Positions 1 to 11,365 of a stretch of DNA of 64,000 bases are shown here, one piece after another. The notes below the pieces were generated by a model that did no database searches, was not told the DNA's origin, and was given only the letters and a program-made list of their open reading frames with translations. Both the position numbers and the translations under genes were made by a program. This stretch comes from Trichormus sp. ATA11-4-KO1. GTDB lineage: Bacteria > Cyanobacteriota > Cyanobacteriia > Cyanobacteriales > Nostocaceae. The first letter of the stretch is position 1, and each line of letters begins with the position of its first letter. Location of the stretch: NCBI GenBank assembly GCA_019358915.1, contig JAHHIM010000002.1:64001-128000 (forward strand). Direction: 5' to 3'.

Positions 1-2
1 GT

Positions 3-92
3 ACACAGTCGGAAATGTTAGAGCGGATGATTTTGGAGTGGGACGCCCAACAAAGTAGGAGTGAACGACCACCAGGAGACGAAGATGAATAG
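3..92 (+). CDS. 3' end of a CDS entering from the left edge (product unknown)
   Basis: Frame 3 is open to TAG at 90-92: ...TQSEMLERMILEWDAQQSRSERPPGDEDE*. Confidence 0.45.
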   Translation, partial: TQSEMLERMILEWDAQQSRSERPPGDEDE

Positions 93-368
93 CTCTTTTG
101 TAACCCTGAGTTTATCCGATCAGTAGTTACTCAAAACAAAGATAATTATTTAAAAATAAGGATTATTTGTATACGAAATTCACAAATGCTGCGGTGGGAT
201 TTGTCAATAAACGTGAATTCGACAGACCTCATCCCAACTTCTCTCTCATGCCCCTTGTGTGTACACCGTAGCCTCCCAGGGGAGAGGTTTGAAGAGGGGT
301 TTTTTGTATTTGTAGAACTCACGTCGATAAGAACTGACAAATAAAAAATATCCCAAAAATTCTGTGGT

Positions 369-385
369 GCGGGCATCTTGCCCGC
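369..385. repeat. REP-like GC-rich hairpin GCGGGCA-TCT-TGCCCGC
   Basis: Perfect 7-bp inverted repeat just downstream of the GT4 stop; common cyanobacterial intergenic repeat type. Confidence 0.55.
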
Positions 386-398
386 TAATCGTCCTAGT

Positions 399-1478
399 TC
401 AGACTGCTAAACTAACCAAACTGCGAAGACGCCCATTTTGCGCAAATCGCTCTGCTATGATTTGTTGATAAACTGCTTCATAGCCATCCACCATTTGCCG
501 AGTGCTGAAAAAGTTTTCGATATGTTGCCGACAACCATAGCGGTCTAGCTGAGTTATCTGCTCAATAGCACTGATGCACTCTTGAACGTTATCGCAGAGA
601 AAACCCGTCTTGCCGTGGTCAATCACCTCGACAGTAGACCCCATTTTCATCGCAATTACTGGCGTACCAGCAGCCATTGACTCAATCATTACCAACCCAA
701 ACGGTTCGCGCCAAGTAATGGGAAACAGAGTTGCTACTGCACCTCCCATCAGGGCATTTTTTTGAGCATGGTTGGCTTCACCTAGATACTCAATTTGCTT
801 AGAGTCAATCTGCGGTTTGATTTCCTTCTCAAAGTATTCCACATCAACGACATCCACCTTCCCTGCTATTTTCAACCGCCAGCCAGCTTGTTTAGCAATT
901 TCTATTGCTAAGTGCGCTCCCTTCTCTGGAGATATCCGACCCAGAAACGCCAGGTATGGAGGATCTTCTGGTTGGGCATGAAACTTGTAACTACTGACAT
1001 CAATCCCGTTATAGACAGTTGCTACATAGTTCAATGCTAATCTTGGTTCTCGTTGTGCATGGGAAATACTAATATAAGGTTGATTTTTACCAAATCTAAA
1101 CATTTTTTCGTTGTCTGGGGTGAAAATACCATGCAACGTGTGAACTGTAGGAGTTGTGACGAGATTCGCGTAAGCTAATGCTCCATATCCAGTATGAGCG
1201 TGAATAATATCAAATTCTTCTGCTCGTTCATATACTGAGGCGAGATTCAGCATATCGTAGATGCTGCCATCCTGGATGGTAGTATCAAGTCTCAGGGCAC
1301 GGGGATGAACTGACACGAGTTTTGCCGAACTGATAGAATCTCCCGATGCAAATAAAGTTACTTCGTGTCCGCGTCTGACTAATTCATCGGTCAGCAACCC
1401 TACTACTAACTCAATACCGCCATAAGCTGGGGGCGGTACTCTCTCCCATAATGGAGCGATCTGAGCAATTCGCATCAC
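399..1478 (-). CDS. Glycosyltransferase family 4 (GT-B fold)
   Basis: MRIAQIAPLWERVPPPAYGGIE N-terminus, GRISPEKG, EPFGLVMIESMAAGTPV (ExxxxxxxE). Confidence 0.93.
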   Translation of the reverse strand: MMRIAQIAPLWERVPPPAYGGIELVVGLLTDELVRRGHEVTLFASGDSISSAKLVSVHPRALRLDTTIQDGSIYDMLNLASVYERAEEFDIIHAHTGYGALAYANLVTTPTVHTLHGIFTPDNEKMFRFGKNQPYISISHAQREPRLALNYVATVYNGIDVSSYKFHAQPEDPPYLAFLGRISPEKGAHLAIEIAKQAGWRLKIAGKVDVVDVEYFEKEIKPQIDSKQIEYLGEANHAQKNALMGGAVATLFPITWREPFGLVMIESMAAGTPVIAMKMGSTVEVIDHGKTGFLCDNVQECISAIEQITQLDRYGCRQHIENFFSTRQMVDGYEAVYQQIIAERFAQNGRLRSLVSLAV

Positions 1479-2088
1479 AAACCTCCAAAAAATTCAGACT
1501 TTATAAAAACAATTTTTTTGTGTTTAAATACTCTCCTTCCCAATCTTATGGTTTAATATAGATATTTATTTTCTGTCTTATGTAGGGAAATCCCTCTGTA
1601 TTTAAGAGATAAATAAATTCTAATTTCTTATAAAATTGTGCTTAGGTAAGATTTTTATCAAAGTATTTTTTGATAAATTTAATATATATATAATTGCTAA
1701 AGTGTAGATATAGAGAGAATTTTAGGTAAATTTTTCTGTTATTAACTGTCAATTATCTAATTTTAAAATATAAATCAAAGGGTAAAATGTACATATTCCT
1801 TCAAGGCGGCTTTCCGTACTTTAAAGAACAACTGCTAACACCTCAAGTGTTGCTACTTGTAAAGCAGATTAAGTAGCTCAAATCAAAAGCAGCAAAATTT
1901 TCTGAGAAAATATCTGAGAATTAAAAAAAGCTTTTTTTAAATGTATTCTGTTGGTAGAAATAATACATAAATTTCAATAACGTAATGTATTTTGGCATGA
2001 GAATAATGTCCAGATAATTTAATTTAAAATTCATTTGTACAAAAGCTGCATCAAGCTAGTTAAAACTGGAAAGAATATTCAAAAATTA

Positions 2089-2138
2089 AAACCCCCTCAG
2101 TCTTTGCCCACTGTGCAACTTTTGTACTGAGGGGGTTT
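2089..2138. terminator. Stem-loop, possible terminator downstream of rbp
   Basis: 13-bp perfect IR AAACCCCCTCAGT / ACTGAGGGGGTTT. Confidence 0.5.
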
Positions 2139-2462
2139 GGTTATTTTACCAACTTTATACGCCTTATCAAGATATAAAGTTAGTTTTTGCTAAAATGTAT
2201 TGCAACAAAAATTTATATCCAGTTGAAGAGTTTTATGTTGCCCTTACCCTGGCCATTTCAACTCTGGAAGATGTGAAAATAATTAGTTTAGTGAAAGTGC
2301 GATCGCGCCTGTTGGTAAGATTGGTTATTCAAAAGTAGCGATCGCACTGACAACAATAGCTATAACTACATTCATTTGAATGAGTAACTAGGAAAACATT
2401 GGTAATTAAAAACTAAAAATCAGAATTTTTTAATTTTTAATTTTTAATTTCCCCCCAGTGGC

Positions 2463-2957
2463 TCAATTCGTAGTTTGTGCAGCTAGCATCTGCTTCAGCT
2501 TTTCTAATTCCGAAGCCCAGCGTGGATCTGGACGAATAGCGTCTGAGTCCGCATTTGTGCTGCTTTCACGAACACCACCTCCACCACGCCGAGACTTCTT
2601 AGCACCTTTCTCACGACGACTACTTTCTTTATTTGTGCTAGGAGTGGGATGACTACCAGCATTACTGGCAACTTTAGGAGCTTGCTCATCGCCCTCCTCA
2701 CCCTTTGTCCGAGGTAATGCTTTCTCTAGCTTGATGGGAGTCTCTTTGAACAATTGACCATTATACTTTTCAATAATTTGATCAGCTTGTTCGTCATTGT
2801 TAACCGTGAGAAAACCGAAACCACGGCATTTGCCAGTTTTCCGGTCTTTGATTAGTTTTGTAGTTACAGCATCGCCTTCTGCGGCAAAGACTGCTTGCAG
2901 ATCTTGACGATCTATTTCTTCTTTTGGCAAATTGCCTATATATAGGCGAACGGACAT
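2463..2957 (-). CDS. rbpG: RRM RNA-binding protein with long C-terminal tail (RbpG/Rbp3 class)
   Basis: RNP2 LYIGNL, RNP1 RGFGFLTV, C-terminal RPDPRWASELEKLK motif. Confidence 0.85.
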   Translation of the reverse strand: MSVRLYIGNLPKEEIDRQDLQAVFAAEGDAVTTKLIKDRKTGKCRGFGFLTVNNDEQADQIIEKYNGQLFKETPIKLEKALPRTKGEEGDEQAPKVASNAGSHPTPSTNKESSRREKGAKKSRRGGGGVRESSTNADSDAIRPDPRWASELEKLKQMLAAQTTN

Positions 2958-3483
2958 GAACTAGACCTCCAGAGTTGAATGAACATGGCAAGGCAAGAAA
3001 ACAATCATTTGGCTTTGGCTTTTAAATAGATGCTATTGACCAAGATTGCCGTAAACCAAATTTTTACTCCAAACTGTCAACCTATACAATACAGTTTTTC
3101 GTCTGGATCAAGCTTGTTTAATACGAAAGCGTGCACAACGCTCGGCTAATACCACCTTAATTCTAAGAATTGTAAATTTATTAGCCTACTGCCTGCTACA
3201 GTAAATATTTTTTGATGATCTTGCCCGCAGAATTAAATACCATCCCTTAGATTATCACGGTATCTTCTACGTAGCTAGTTCAGCGCATACATTTTTGATG
3301 ATAGTATGATTGCATCGTAGCATAAAATACATTTTTTTCTCAAGAATGGATATTAGAAACAAAAACCAGCCATTGGCTGGTCGATTTGCTGCTGTGTTGG
3401 GAGGATAAAAAGTATAGACTGGTGCTGGACAGCCGATTTTGATCACCAAGCTGTAGTGCTGAGTTATATCGGTTGCCATGAAT

Positions 3484-3501
3484 TGTGTAAACAAATGTAA
3501 C
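3484..3501 (-). promoter_or_regulatory. Candidate HLR1 (RpaB) site
   Basis: Minus strand GTTACATT-TG-TTTACACA vs consensus (G/T)TTACA(T/A)(T/A)-N2-repeat. Confidence 0.45.
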
Positions 3502-3661
3502 ACTTATAGACAAAATCTGCAACGTTTGTTTACATTTCCCTGGGTCAGTTATTTAGTTATCAGTTTATGTAACTGTTCACTAACTGACTAATACAGGACG
3601 GCATAAATCAACCACCCATCCCAAATTAATTAAACGCTTGCGGTATCAGAGAAAAGCGATA

Positions 3662-5950
3662 CTAGCCTATAAGAAAAATGTATGCGCCCCAAGCCTGTGC
3701 GGCGATCGCCAAAACAGTAGACCAAATGGGATGGGGACTATGAATGGTTTGACCACTTTGAGTTTGCAATGTTTGGATATCAATCCAAGGCGTTGCACCC
3801 CGGCGGAACCATCCTGTGACAATAATCTGACGACCAATAAAATCCTGGGGATTAACTGACTGTCCTAGGGAAATGTGGTGTAATTTTACCAAGCCTGTGC
3901 TGGACTGTAGAATTAAGTCCTGTCCTAAACAATTGCCAGTACCTCGGCGGCCTAATAACTTACCAGCAAGACGCACACTGATACTATCAATGGGGATAGC
4001 AGATGGATGAGCTATTAAGCTGGGCAAGCTTTCAGCATTTTGCACAGTGGCATTTTTGATATCTGGAAAAAAAGCATTCATCCGGAATACCATACCGATG
4101 CTAAAGCCAATCAGCAGGCAACCTGTAACGAAAGACCAATCTTCGTAGATCCACTTTAAATTTAAAACCTTGAACGTGAAAGCAGTTTGCCACATTAGCC
4201 AAATTAGACCTGCTAATAAAACACCCAGGGGAATCCCCAAAAAAGGAGCGATGTTTAACAAGAAAGACTGACGCTTAACCTTGAGGGATTGTTGGCTAGT
4301 TAGATGTAATTCAGTGTCTATATGCCAGTGGCGGGCTATTTGATTGAGACGTTGAATGCGATCGCCAATTAAGGGATGGCTATTGTTGATGGCAAACCAG
4401 TGCCGATAGGGATTAACAGTATCCCACATTAAGATCGATTCAAAAGGCAGCTGACCGGCAATACTACCCAAAGATAAACTCTGCTGATAACCCACTGGGA
4501 TGAGGAAATTTAAACTTTCTAAATGCCAACTAGTATTTTCTGCTTTTTGGATGTCAACAGAAATGCCGATCGCCATTTTCAGTAAAGCACGAGTTAGGGC
4601 ATTGGGATTGCCGGTAATTTCGGATGCTAGGCGATCGCTATAATAAAGCCGCAACCGAGACAACCACAAAGCCAGACCAGTCAACAAGCACCAGAATCCA
4701 TAAATGACACTAGCCACGATGGTTATGGGCTTATACCAAAGCCCATCTGATTTTTTGTTTCCCAACTCGGATATTTGCTGATATAGCCCATGAATGGGTA
4801 ATGACACCAGCAACATCAAAGACATCACCATAAAATCCCAGTGGGCAATATGTCCTAGTTGTGTAGCATAGATTGTGGCAATTTCATCATCTGCTAATTG
4901 CGCTAACAACCCTTGACTCACCACAATCCGCGCATTACCAGATAAATTTCCATAGGTCAGCGCTACTGGTGCGGCTATGGGCAAAATTCGCAATTTGGGT
5001 AATTGCCAACGCTTTTGTTGACAGTAGCGTTGTAACACCCTGCCGGTTTCACGACTGTAGCTATGTAATACATCTTTGGACAACTCTCGCTGACCATAAA
5101 AGCCTGTTAATAACCAATCTAGTAACCAGGGTGATAATCCCATCAAGATGAATAAAAGTATTGCCAAAAATGGCGTGGGGTTGCGGTATAATAACTGCAC
5201 TGGTTCCATGTATGGGAGTTTGACTAAAACAAAGTTAGTCAATCCCATTACGAACTGGAGTATTTCCCGCAGTACCCAAAACAGGGATATTAATGTTCCT
5301 GCTGCTAGTAACCGCAAGGGTATTAACTTTGGCTTAAGCAAAGGCTGCCATACCTTGGCACGTTTTGCTTGCCGCCAATAAATGCTGGATTGTTTAGTTT
5401 GTGTATAGTTAGTAGAGCTAAAGAAGCCGCTACCAGATGCTTCTTCAATGATTTTGTTTCGGTACTCGGCTGGTTGTAAAACAGGTGTTTCGATGACTGT
5501 CTTACGGAAACCACCTGATGGCACAGCAGATGAATTGCCAACGCTTGTAGTTTCTGCTACTGTATCTTTTGGTTTCTGTTTTGATGCAGTAGTGTTTTGA
5601 GAATGATTAAAGGCCACAAATCCCGTTGTGGAATTCTCCGTTTCTTTACTACTTTTTTTGCGTTTCGTCAAGTGCATAAGAGCGAGTTCAGCCCACTCTT
5701 TGACTTGCTGATTCTGGCATTCGGTGAGAGTCTGACACAAGGCGATTGCCTTGCGGACTTGCCCACTGCGTGCGTAAGCCATCACTAAACCAACCCGTGC
5801 TTGTAAGCTAGCAGTAACGTTTTCTTGACTACTAGCCACAGGTAAAAGTTTGGCGATCGCTGTTTGGTAATCCCCCTGCTTCAGGGCAACTAAACCAGCC
5901 TCCAAAGACAATTCGGCATGTGTTTGCATAGCGTCTCGTAGAGAAGGCAT
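3662..5950 (-). CDS. M48/HtpX-like membrane peptidase with N-terminal TPR-like region
   Basis: Several TM segments, ALTRALLK, SHPLIGDRI; the HExxH motif reads TQLGH (degenerate). Likely start ATG 5950 (MPS...). Confidence 0.8.
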   Translation of the reverse strand: MPSLRDAMQTHAELSLEAGLVALKQGDYQTAIAKLLPVASSQENVTASLQARVGLVMAYARSGQVRKAIALCQTLTECQNQQVKEWAELALMHLTKRKKSSKETENSTTGFVAFNHSQNTTASKQKPKDTVAETTSVGNSSAVPSGGFRKTVIETPVLQPAEYRNKIIEEASGSGFFSSTNYTQTKQSSIYWRQAKRAKVWQPLLKPKLIPLRLLAAGTLISLFWVLREILQFVMGLTNFVLVKLPYMEPVQLLYRNPTPFLAILLFILMGLSPWLLDWLLTGFYGQRELSKDVLHSYSRETGRVLQRYCQQKRWQLPKLRILPIAAPVALTYGNLSGNARIVVSQGLLAQLADDEIATIYATQLGHIAHWDFMVMSLMLLVSLPIHGLYQQISELGNKKSDGLWYKPITIVASVIYGFWCLLTGLALWLSRLRLYYSDRLASEITGNPNALTRALLKMAIGISVDIQKAENTSWHLESLNFLIPVGYQQSLSLGSIAGQLPFESILMWDTVNPYRHWFAINNSHPLIGDRIQRLNQIARHWHIDTELHLTSQQSLKVKRQSFLLNIAPFLGIPLGVLLAGLIWLMWQTAFTFKVLNLKWIYEDWSFVTGCLLIGFSIGMVFRMNAFFPDIKNATVQNAESLPSLIAHPSAIPIDSISVRLAGKLLGRRGTGNCLGQDLILQSSTGLVKLHHISLGQSVNPQDFIGRQIIVTGWFRRGATPWIDIQTLQTQSGQTIHSPHPIWSTVLAIAAQAWGAYIFLIG

Positions 5951-6035
5951 AGAAATTTTGGCACTCCAATCACTGCTGATCCACGGTTGTGCAAAAGCGC
6001 GAACTGCGGATGCCGTGGACATCAACTGTGCCCGG

Positions 6036-7664
6036 TTATGATTCCACTGGTGGTTGACCAGAATAAACCGGGGCGATTGCACTTAATTTTAAGTCAGGAT
6101 GATCTCCCTGTAACTGTTGACAATTCCATTCATTGCGAAATAACAAAACTGGGCGTCCCATACTGTCTTTGACTGTAGTGGTGTTGAAAATACGTCCCAC
6201 CCGATTCAAAGCTTCCCAACCACCTTCAACCCAACGGGCGACGCTGTAGGGCAATAACTCTAATATGGTTTCTACACCATACTCGTTTTGCAAGCGAAAC
6301 TGCACCACTTCAAATTGCAGCTGACCCACCGCAGCCATAATGGGGTCGCGTTTGGCTTCATCAGCTGAATACATAATTTGCACTGCACCCTCTTCTCGCA
6401 ATTCGGAAATGCCTTTCTGAAATTGCTTAAATTTTGAGGGGTTGGGGTTCCTGAGTGTGGCAAACAGTTCTGGCGAGAAATACGGAATTCCTTCATATTC
6501 CAGCTTGGTTCCTGTGTAGATGGTATCGCCGATCGCAAACACACCCGGATTGTTCAAACCAATCACATCGCCAGGATAAGCTATATCAATCGATTCCCTC
6601 TCCTGGGCAAAGAGTTTTTGTGGGCGAGACAGGCGGACGACTTTGCCAGTCCTTGCATGATTCACTGTCATATCTTTTTCAAACTTTCCTGTGCAAACCC
6701 GGACAAATGCCACGCGATCGCGGTGTTTTGGGTCCATATTTGCTTGCAGTTTAAAAACAAACCCAGAAAAGTCCGGGTATGTAGGGGGAACTTCACCAAC
6801 GGTGCTGTGATGAGAACCAGGCTTGAGGGCATACTTCAGGAAGTACTTCAGGAATAACTCTACCCCAAAGTTCGTCATGGCGCTACCAAAAAACACAGGT
6901 GTCATTTTGCCTTGATGCACCAACTCCAAATCTAGTTCTGGGCCAACTCCTTCTAAGAGTTCTAAATCATTTTTCAGTTGGTGATAAAGTTCCTCTTCTA
7001 GCAGTTCCTCGATTTTGGCATCACCTAAATCTACAGTCGTATCCAGGGCTTCCCGGCTACCGTGGGCGCTACGTTCAAAAAGGTGGATTTGTTGGGCGTT
7101 CCGGTCAAATACACCTTTAAAGCGATCGCCCATGCCAATGGGCCAGTTAACTGCATAGGTCTGCAATCCTAATTCTTGTTCAATCTCATCCAACAGTTCC
7201 AGCGCTTCTCTACCTGGACGGTCGAGTTTGTTCACAAATGTAAAAATGGGCAAACCCCGTAGCTTACACACCTCAAACAACTTCCGGGTTTGTGGTTCCA
7301 AACCCTTAGCCACATCAATCAGCATCACAGCGTTATCTGCCGCAGCCAGGGTGCGATAGGTATCTTCACTAAAATCTTGGTGTCCTGGTGTATCTAATAA
7401 ATTTATTTGACAGTTTTGGTATGCAAACTGCAAAACCGTAGAGGTAATGGAAATTCCCCGTTGTTGTTCCATTGCCATCCAGTCTGAAGTCGCCTTGCGC
7501 TGCGCCCTGCGTGCCTTGACTGCCCCAGCTTCGTGAATAGCACCTCCGTATAGCAGTAGCTTTTCTGTCAGTGTAGTTTTACCCGCGTCGGGGTGAGAAA
7601 TAATCGCAAAATTACGACGAAGTTCCACTGCTTGATGCAGTTCCGTCTGAATTTCAGTTGACAT
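6036..7664 (-). CDS. prfC: Peptide chain release factor 3
   Basis: [41 protein letters not shown]. Confidence 0.98.
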   Translation of the reverse strand: MSTEIQTELHQAVELRRNFAIISHPDAGKTTLTEKLLLYGGAIHEAGAVKARRAQRKATSDWMAMEQQRGISITSTVLQFAYQNCQINLLDTPGHQDFSEDTYRTLAAADNAVMLIDVAKGLEPQTRKLFEVCKLRGLPIFTFVNKLDRPGREALELLDEIEQELGLQTYAVNWPIGMGDRFKGVFDRNAQQIHLFERSAHGSREALDTTVDLGDAKIEELLEEELYHQLKNDLELLEGVGPELDLELVHQGKMTPVFFGSAMTNFGVELFLKYFLKYALKPGSHHSTVGEVPPTYPDFSGFVFKLQANMDPKHRDRVAFVRVCTGKFEKDMTVNHARTGKVVRLSRPQKLFAQERESIDIAYPGDVIGLNNPGVFAIGDTIYTGTKLEYEGIPYFSPELFATLRNPNPSKFKQFQKGISELREEGAVQIMYSADEAKRDPIMAAVGQLQFEVVQFRLQNEYGVETILELLPYSVARWVEGGWEALNRVGRIFNTTTVKDSMGRPVLLFRNEWNCQQLQGDHPDLKLSAIAPVYSGQPPVES

Positions 7665-8295
7665 AAACTGTACTAGGTTCCTTGTTACTTAACTTATCTT
7701 AATTTTTTTCTACTTTAGTGAGTGTTTTAATCTTAAAACAACGATGCTCATGATAGGCTCGTAATATCACCAACAATATTAAGTTAGTGGGAAAATAATG
7801 TATAAAACACATACAGCAAATTCCCACTTTTCAGTGCTGCTTTTGTATCTGTCAGTTTGCCTATTGCCATATTATTAGTTATCAATGATTGAGATATCTG
7901 CTGTATGGAGGACTAACAATTTAGGCAGTATTCTAAGATATTTAGCAATCTAGACAAACTTTTTTACTATCCTTGAATTTTCCGAATTTTTAACACAAAT
8001 GATAATATTTATATAGGAAAAATCTGGAGATTAACAAATTGGATGATTGCCCAAGACCTAATATCCAATTTTCTCATGATCAATTTGATGAATTTTTATT
8101 CTGATGTTTTGGCGGATGTTGGGTTGGATAGATATCAACCCAGCTGTAAAATACAAAATTGCCCCACAGCTTCGTAAAGAGTAGGGCAAGGACAGTTAAG
8201 CACTGTTTGTAGTGTGTCCGACAGCAGCAAAAATTTACCTGCTTTTGTGACGCTTTGTTTTGTGTCCATTGCGTTATTTTTCTTTGCAAAACTTT

Positions 8296-9276
8296 ATGTA
8301 TCCCACTCATCGCCCCCGTCGTCTGCGTACCCATCCCCAACTACGTCGGATGGTACGTGAAACTGTTTTGACAACCAGTGACTTAATTTATCCACTTTTT
8401 GCAGTACCAGGTGAAGGAGTAGCCCAAGAAGTCAAATCCATGCCTGGAGTTTACCAATTGTCGGTAGATAAAATTGTTGAGGAAGCAAAGGAAGTTTACG
8501 ACTTAGGAATTCCCGCCATTATTCTCTTTGGCATTCCTGAAGATAAAGATGTAGATGCTACAGGTGCTTGGCATGATTGCGGTATTGTGCAAAAAGCGGC
8601 AACTGCGGTAAAAAAAGCAGTACCAGACTTGATTGTCATTGCGGATACTTGTTTATGTGAATACACCAGTCACGGTCACTGCGGTTATCTGCAAGTTGGT
8701 GATTTAACAGGGCGAGTTCTCAATGATCCTACCCTAGAGTTACTCAAGAAAACTGCGGTTTCTCAGGCCAAAGCTGGTGCGGATATTATCGCCCCATCGG
8801 GGATGATGGATGGCTTTGTGCAGGCAATTCGCGAAGGTTTGGACGCAGCAGGATTTCAAGATATACCAATTTTGTCCTATGCTGCTAAGTATGCTTCGGC
8901 TTACTATGGCCCATTTCGGGATGCCGCAGACTCATCACCACAATTTGGCGACAGAAGAACTTACCAAATGGACCCAGGTAACACCCGCGAAGCCATGAAA
9001 GAAATTGCCTTAGATATTGCCGAAGGTGCTGATATGCTGATGGTCAAACCAGCTTTGGCATACATGGACATTATTTGGCGCGTTAAGGAAGCAACTAACT
9101 TACCAGTTGCTGCTTACAATGTTTCTGGTGAGTATTCGATGGTGAAAGCTGCGGCACTCAATGGCTGGATTGATGAACAGCGCGTAGTTATGGAAACTTT
9201 AACCGGGTTTAAACGGGCTGGTGCTGACTTGATATTAACATATCATGCCAAAGAAGCAGCACGATGGTTACGGTAA
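8296..9276 (+). CDS. hemB: Porphobilinogen synthase (ALA dehydratase)
   Basis: [35 protein letters not shown]; start set at ATG 8296. Confidence 0.97.
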   Translation: MYPTHRPRRLRTHPQLRRMVRETVLTTSDLIYPLFAVPGEGVAQEVKSMPGVYQLSVDKIVEEAKEVYDLGIPAIILFGIPEDKDVDATGAWHDCGIVQKAATAVKKAVPDLIVIADTCLCEYTSHGHCGYLQVGDLTGRVLNDPTLELLKKTAVSQAKAGADIIAPSGMMDGFVQAIREGLDAAGFQDIPILSYAAKYASAYYGPFRDAADSSPQFGDRRTYQMDPGNTREAMKEIALDIAEGADMLMVKPALAYMDIIWRVKEATNLPVAAYNVSGEYSMVKAAALNGWIDEQRVVMETLTGFKRAGADLILTYHAKEAARWLR

Positions 9277-9305
9277 GGTGCGCGCTTGAATAATCAAAAT
9301 TTAAG

Positions 9306-9419
9306 AAATCTCACGCAAAGACAAGGCAGCGCAATCTTGGTGGTTTCCCTCATAAGCGACTGCCACGCCAAAGCACAGAGTTATTGAGTGTTTTGTTTTG
9401 GTCTCTAAGCGTGAGATTT
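9306..9419. repeat. Composite palindromic repeat element
   Basis: Terminal IR AAATCTCACGC/GCGTGAGATTT with internal GGCAGCGC...GCGACTGCC hairpin; related CGCAAAG(A/G) units at ~26470-26495 and ~55504-55530. Confidence 0.55.
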
Positions 9420-9438
9420 TTGTGTTTTTGCAGGTTTA

Positions 9439-9672
9439 CTAAAGTGTCAGTTTTGACATTAAAAGAAGATTGACAGAGTACTGTGGGGGATCTGAAGATT
9501 CTATTTTTGTTCGTTCATCGATTCGCACTAAAAACACAGGCAAATACATTTTAGTAGTCCAAAAACTTAAGATAAACAACGTTTTCAATTGTTCGACAGT
9601 AGGCGTATTTAAATTATTGCTACAATATATTTTTTGCTCTGGCGTGACTTCAATCAGCTGGAAATCTTTCAA
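9439..9672 (-). pseudogene. Possible remnant of a small cyanobacterial protein (DUF6888-like)
   Basis: PTVEQLKTLFILSFWTTKMYLPVFLVRIDERT resembles DUF6888 as I recall it; no ATG start; C-terminus looks unrelated. Confidence 0.35.
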
Positions 9673-9861
9673 CTGTGAAGTTACATAAACATATTTTATG
9701 CAGATTACCTCCGTGATAATACAGAAATAGGGGATTTCCTAGTTTGTCAGAAAAGCAAGCGATCGCTTATAAAAGAGATAGTTAATAAATTTTTGGTGAT
9801 TGACGTTAATTGTCAATTGATTTAAAAAATAAATTTTAATATTTCAAGTGGAGCATGAGAT

Positions 9862-10152
9862 ATGAATATGCAAGTCTTGAGAGAGCGTGCGGGGCTTAGC
9901 CGTGCAGAGGTTGCCTTCAGGCTTGCAATCAGTGAAACCAGTGTTCGCAACTGGGAAGCTGGGCGTACCGAACCCACAATGACACCAAAAAAATATTTAG
10001 ATGCTTTGCGTCTATTTAAATGTACACCTGAAGAATTGGCAGCAGCTAGCGAAAAGTCGATTAATCAGCAACAAAAACGCAAACCAGGAAGACCCAAACG
10101 TTTCCCAGATAATCGGGTAACTCAAGTAACAGATTCGCCAGTTTGTAGTTGA
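9862..10152 (+). CDS. XRE-family HTH regulator with AT-hook-like C-terminal motif
   Basis: LRERAGLSRAEVAFRLAISETSVRNWEAGRTEP; KRKPGRPKR. Confidence 0.88.
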   Translation: MNMQVLRERAGLSRAEVAFRLAISETSVRNWEAGRTEPTMTPKKYLDALRLFKCTPEELAAASEKSINQQQKRKPGRPKRFPDNRVTQVTDSPVCS

Positions 10153-10381
10153 TTGTCAGCCCATGATTTTTTCGCCCTCTTCATCGAGTACAGAATATTT
10201 ACGGTTGTTTTTGGCTTGGGAAAACCGCAAGAACAAGGGATAATCCTTTTACAACTCGTCGTGTATCTGCACCAAGAGCAATATCTGGTAAAAACCAATT
10301 TCTAACTAGTGCGATCGCTCACGATATTTGCCACGGTGGCGCGATAAGATTCTAAAACAATAGTCGTACTATAAGGTCTAC

Positions 10382-11365
10382 ATGGCAGAAACACTATTCT
10401 TTAACGCTTTGCGGGAAGCCATTGATGAAGAAATGGCGCGTGATTCCAGTGTATTTGTTCTTGGTGAAGACGTAGGACACTACGGCGGTTCCTACAAAGT
10501 TACTAAAGACCTATACAAAAAGTATGGCGAACTCCGAGTTCTCGATACCCCCATTGCCGAAAACAGCTTTACTGGTATGGCGGTGGGAGCAGCAATGACT
10601 GGGTTACGACCGATAATTGAAGGCATGAACATGGGCTTTTTGCTCCTGGCCTTTAATCAAATATCCAACAATGCTGGAATGCTGCGTTACACTTCCGGCG
10701 GTAACTTTAAAATTCCTATGGTAATTCGTGGACCTGGCGGTGTAGGTAGACAGCTAGGGGCAGAACATTCTCAAAGACTAGAAGCTTACTTTCAAGCAGT
10801 TCCTGGGTTGAAAATTGTTGCCTGCTCTACACCTTACAACGCCAAAGGACTACTAAAATCAGCTATTCGCGACAATAACCCGGTGTTATTCTTTGAACAC
10901 GTTCTGCTTTACAACTTAAAAGAAGACCTGCCAGCAGAAGAGTATCTACTGCCTTTGGATAAAGCAGAAGTTGTGCGTCGAGGCAAAGATGTAACAATTC
11001 TTACTTACTCACGGATGCGCCATCATGTATTGCAAGCCGTGAAAACTTTAGAAAAACAAGGTTATGACCCTGAAGTAATTGATTTAATATCACTCAAGCC
11101 CCTAGATTTTGACACCATTGGTGCATCCATACGCAAAACCCATCGAGTAATTATCGTGGAAGAATGTATGAGAACCGGGGGTATTGGCGCAGAATTAACC
11201 GCCTCAATTAATGACCGCTTATTTGATGAATTGGATGCGCCAGTACTGCGGCTTTCTTCCCAAGATATTCCCACACCTTATAACGGTAATCTGGAACGAC
11301 TGACAATTGTCCAACCAGAGCAAATAGTGGAAGCTGTGGAAAAAATGGTCGCGATGCGAGTTTAG
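10382..11365 (+). CDS. pdhB: Pyruvate dehydrogenase E1 beta subunit
   Basis: [25 protein letters not shown]. Confidence 0.97.
   Translation: MAETLFFNALREAIDEEMARDSSVFVLGEDVGHYGGSYKVTKDLYKKYGELRVLDTPIAENSFTGMAVGAAMTGLRPIIEGMNMGFLLLAFNQISNNAGMLRYTSGGNFKIPMVIRGPGGVGRQLGAEHSQRLEAYFQAVPGLKIVACSTPYNAKGLLKSAIRDNNPVLFFEHVLLYNLKEDLPAEEYLLPLDKAEVVRRGKDVTILTYSRMRHHVLQAVKTLEKQGYDPEVIDLISLKPLDFDTIGASIRKTHRVIIVEECMRTGGIGAELTASINDRLFDELDAPVLRLSSQDIPTPYNGNLERLTIVQPEQIVEAVEKMVAMRV

Noticed and set aside
146..376. 76-aa ORF, and similar short ORFs in AT-rich spacers (3267-3522, 8080-8340, 18603-18800, 43983-44180, 49606-49803)
   Set aside because: No recognisable motifs; they span repeat or promoter DNA
5951..6082. 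Longer start for the M48 ORF overlapping prfC
   Set aside because: Overlaps the prfC 3' end; the downstream ATG at 5950 is more plausible
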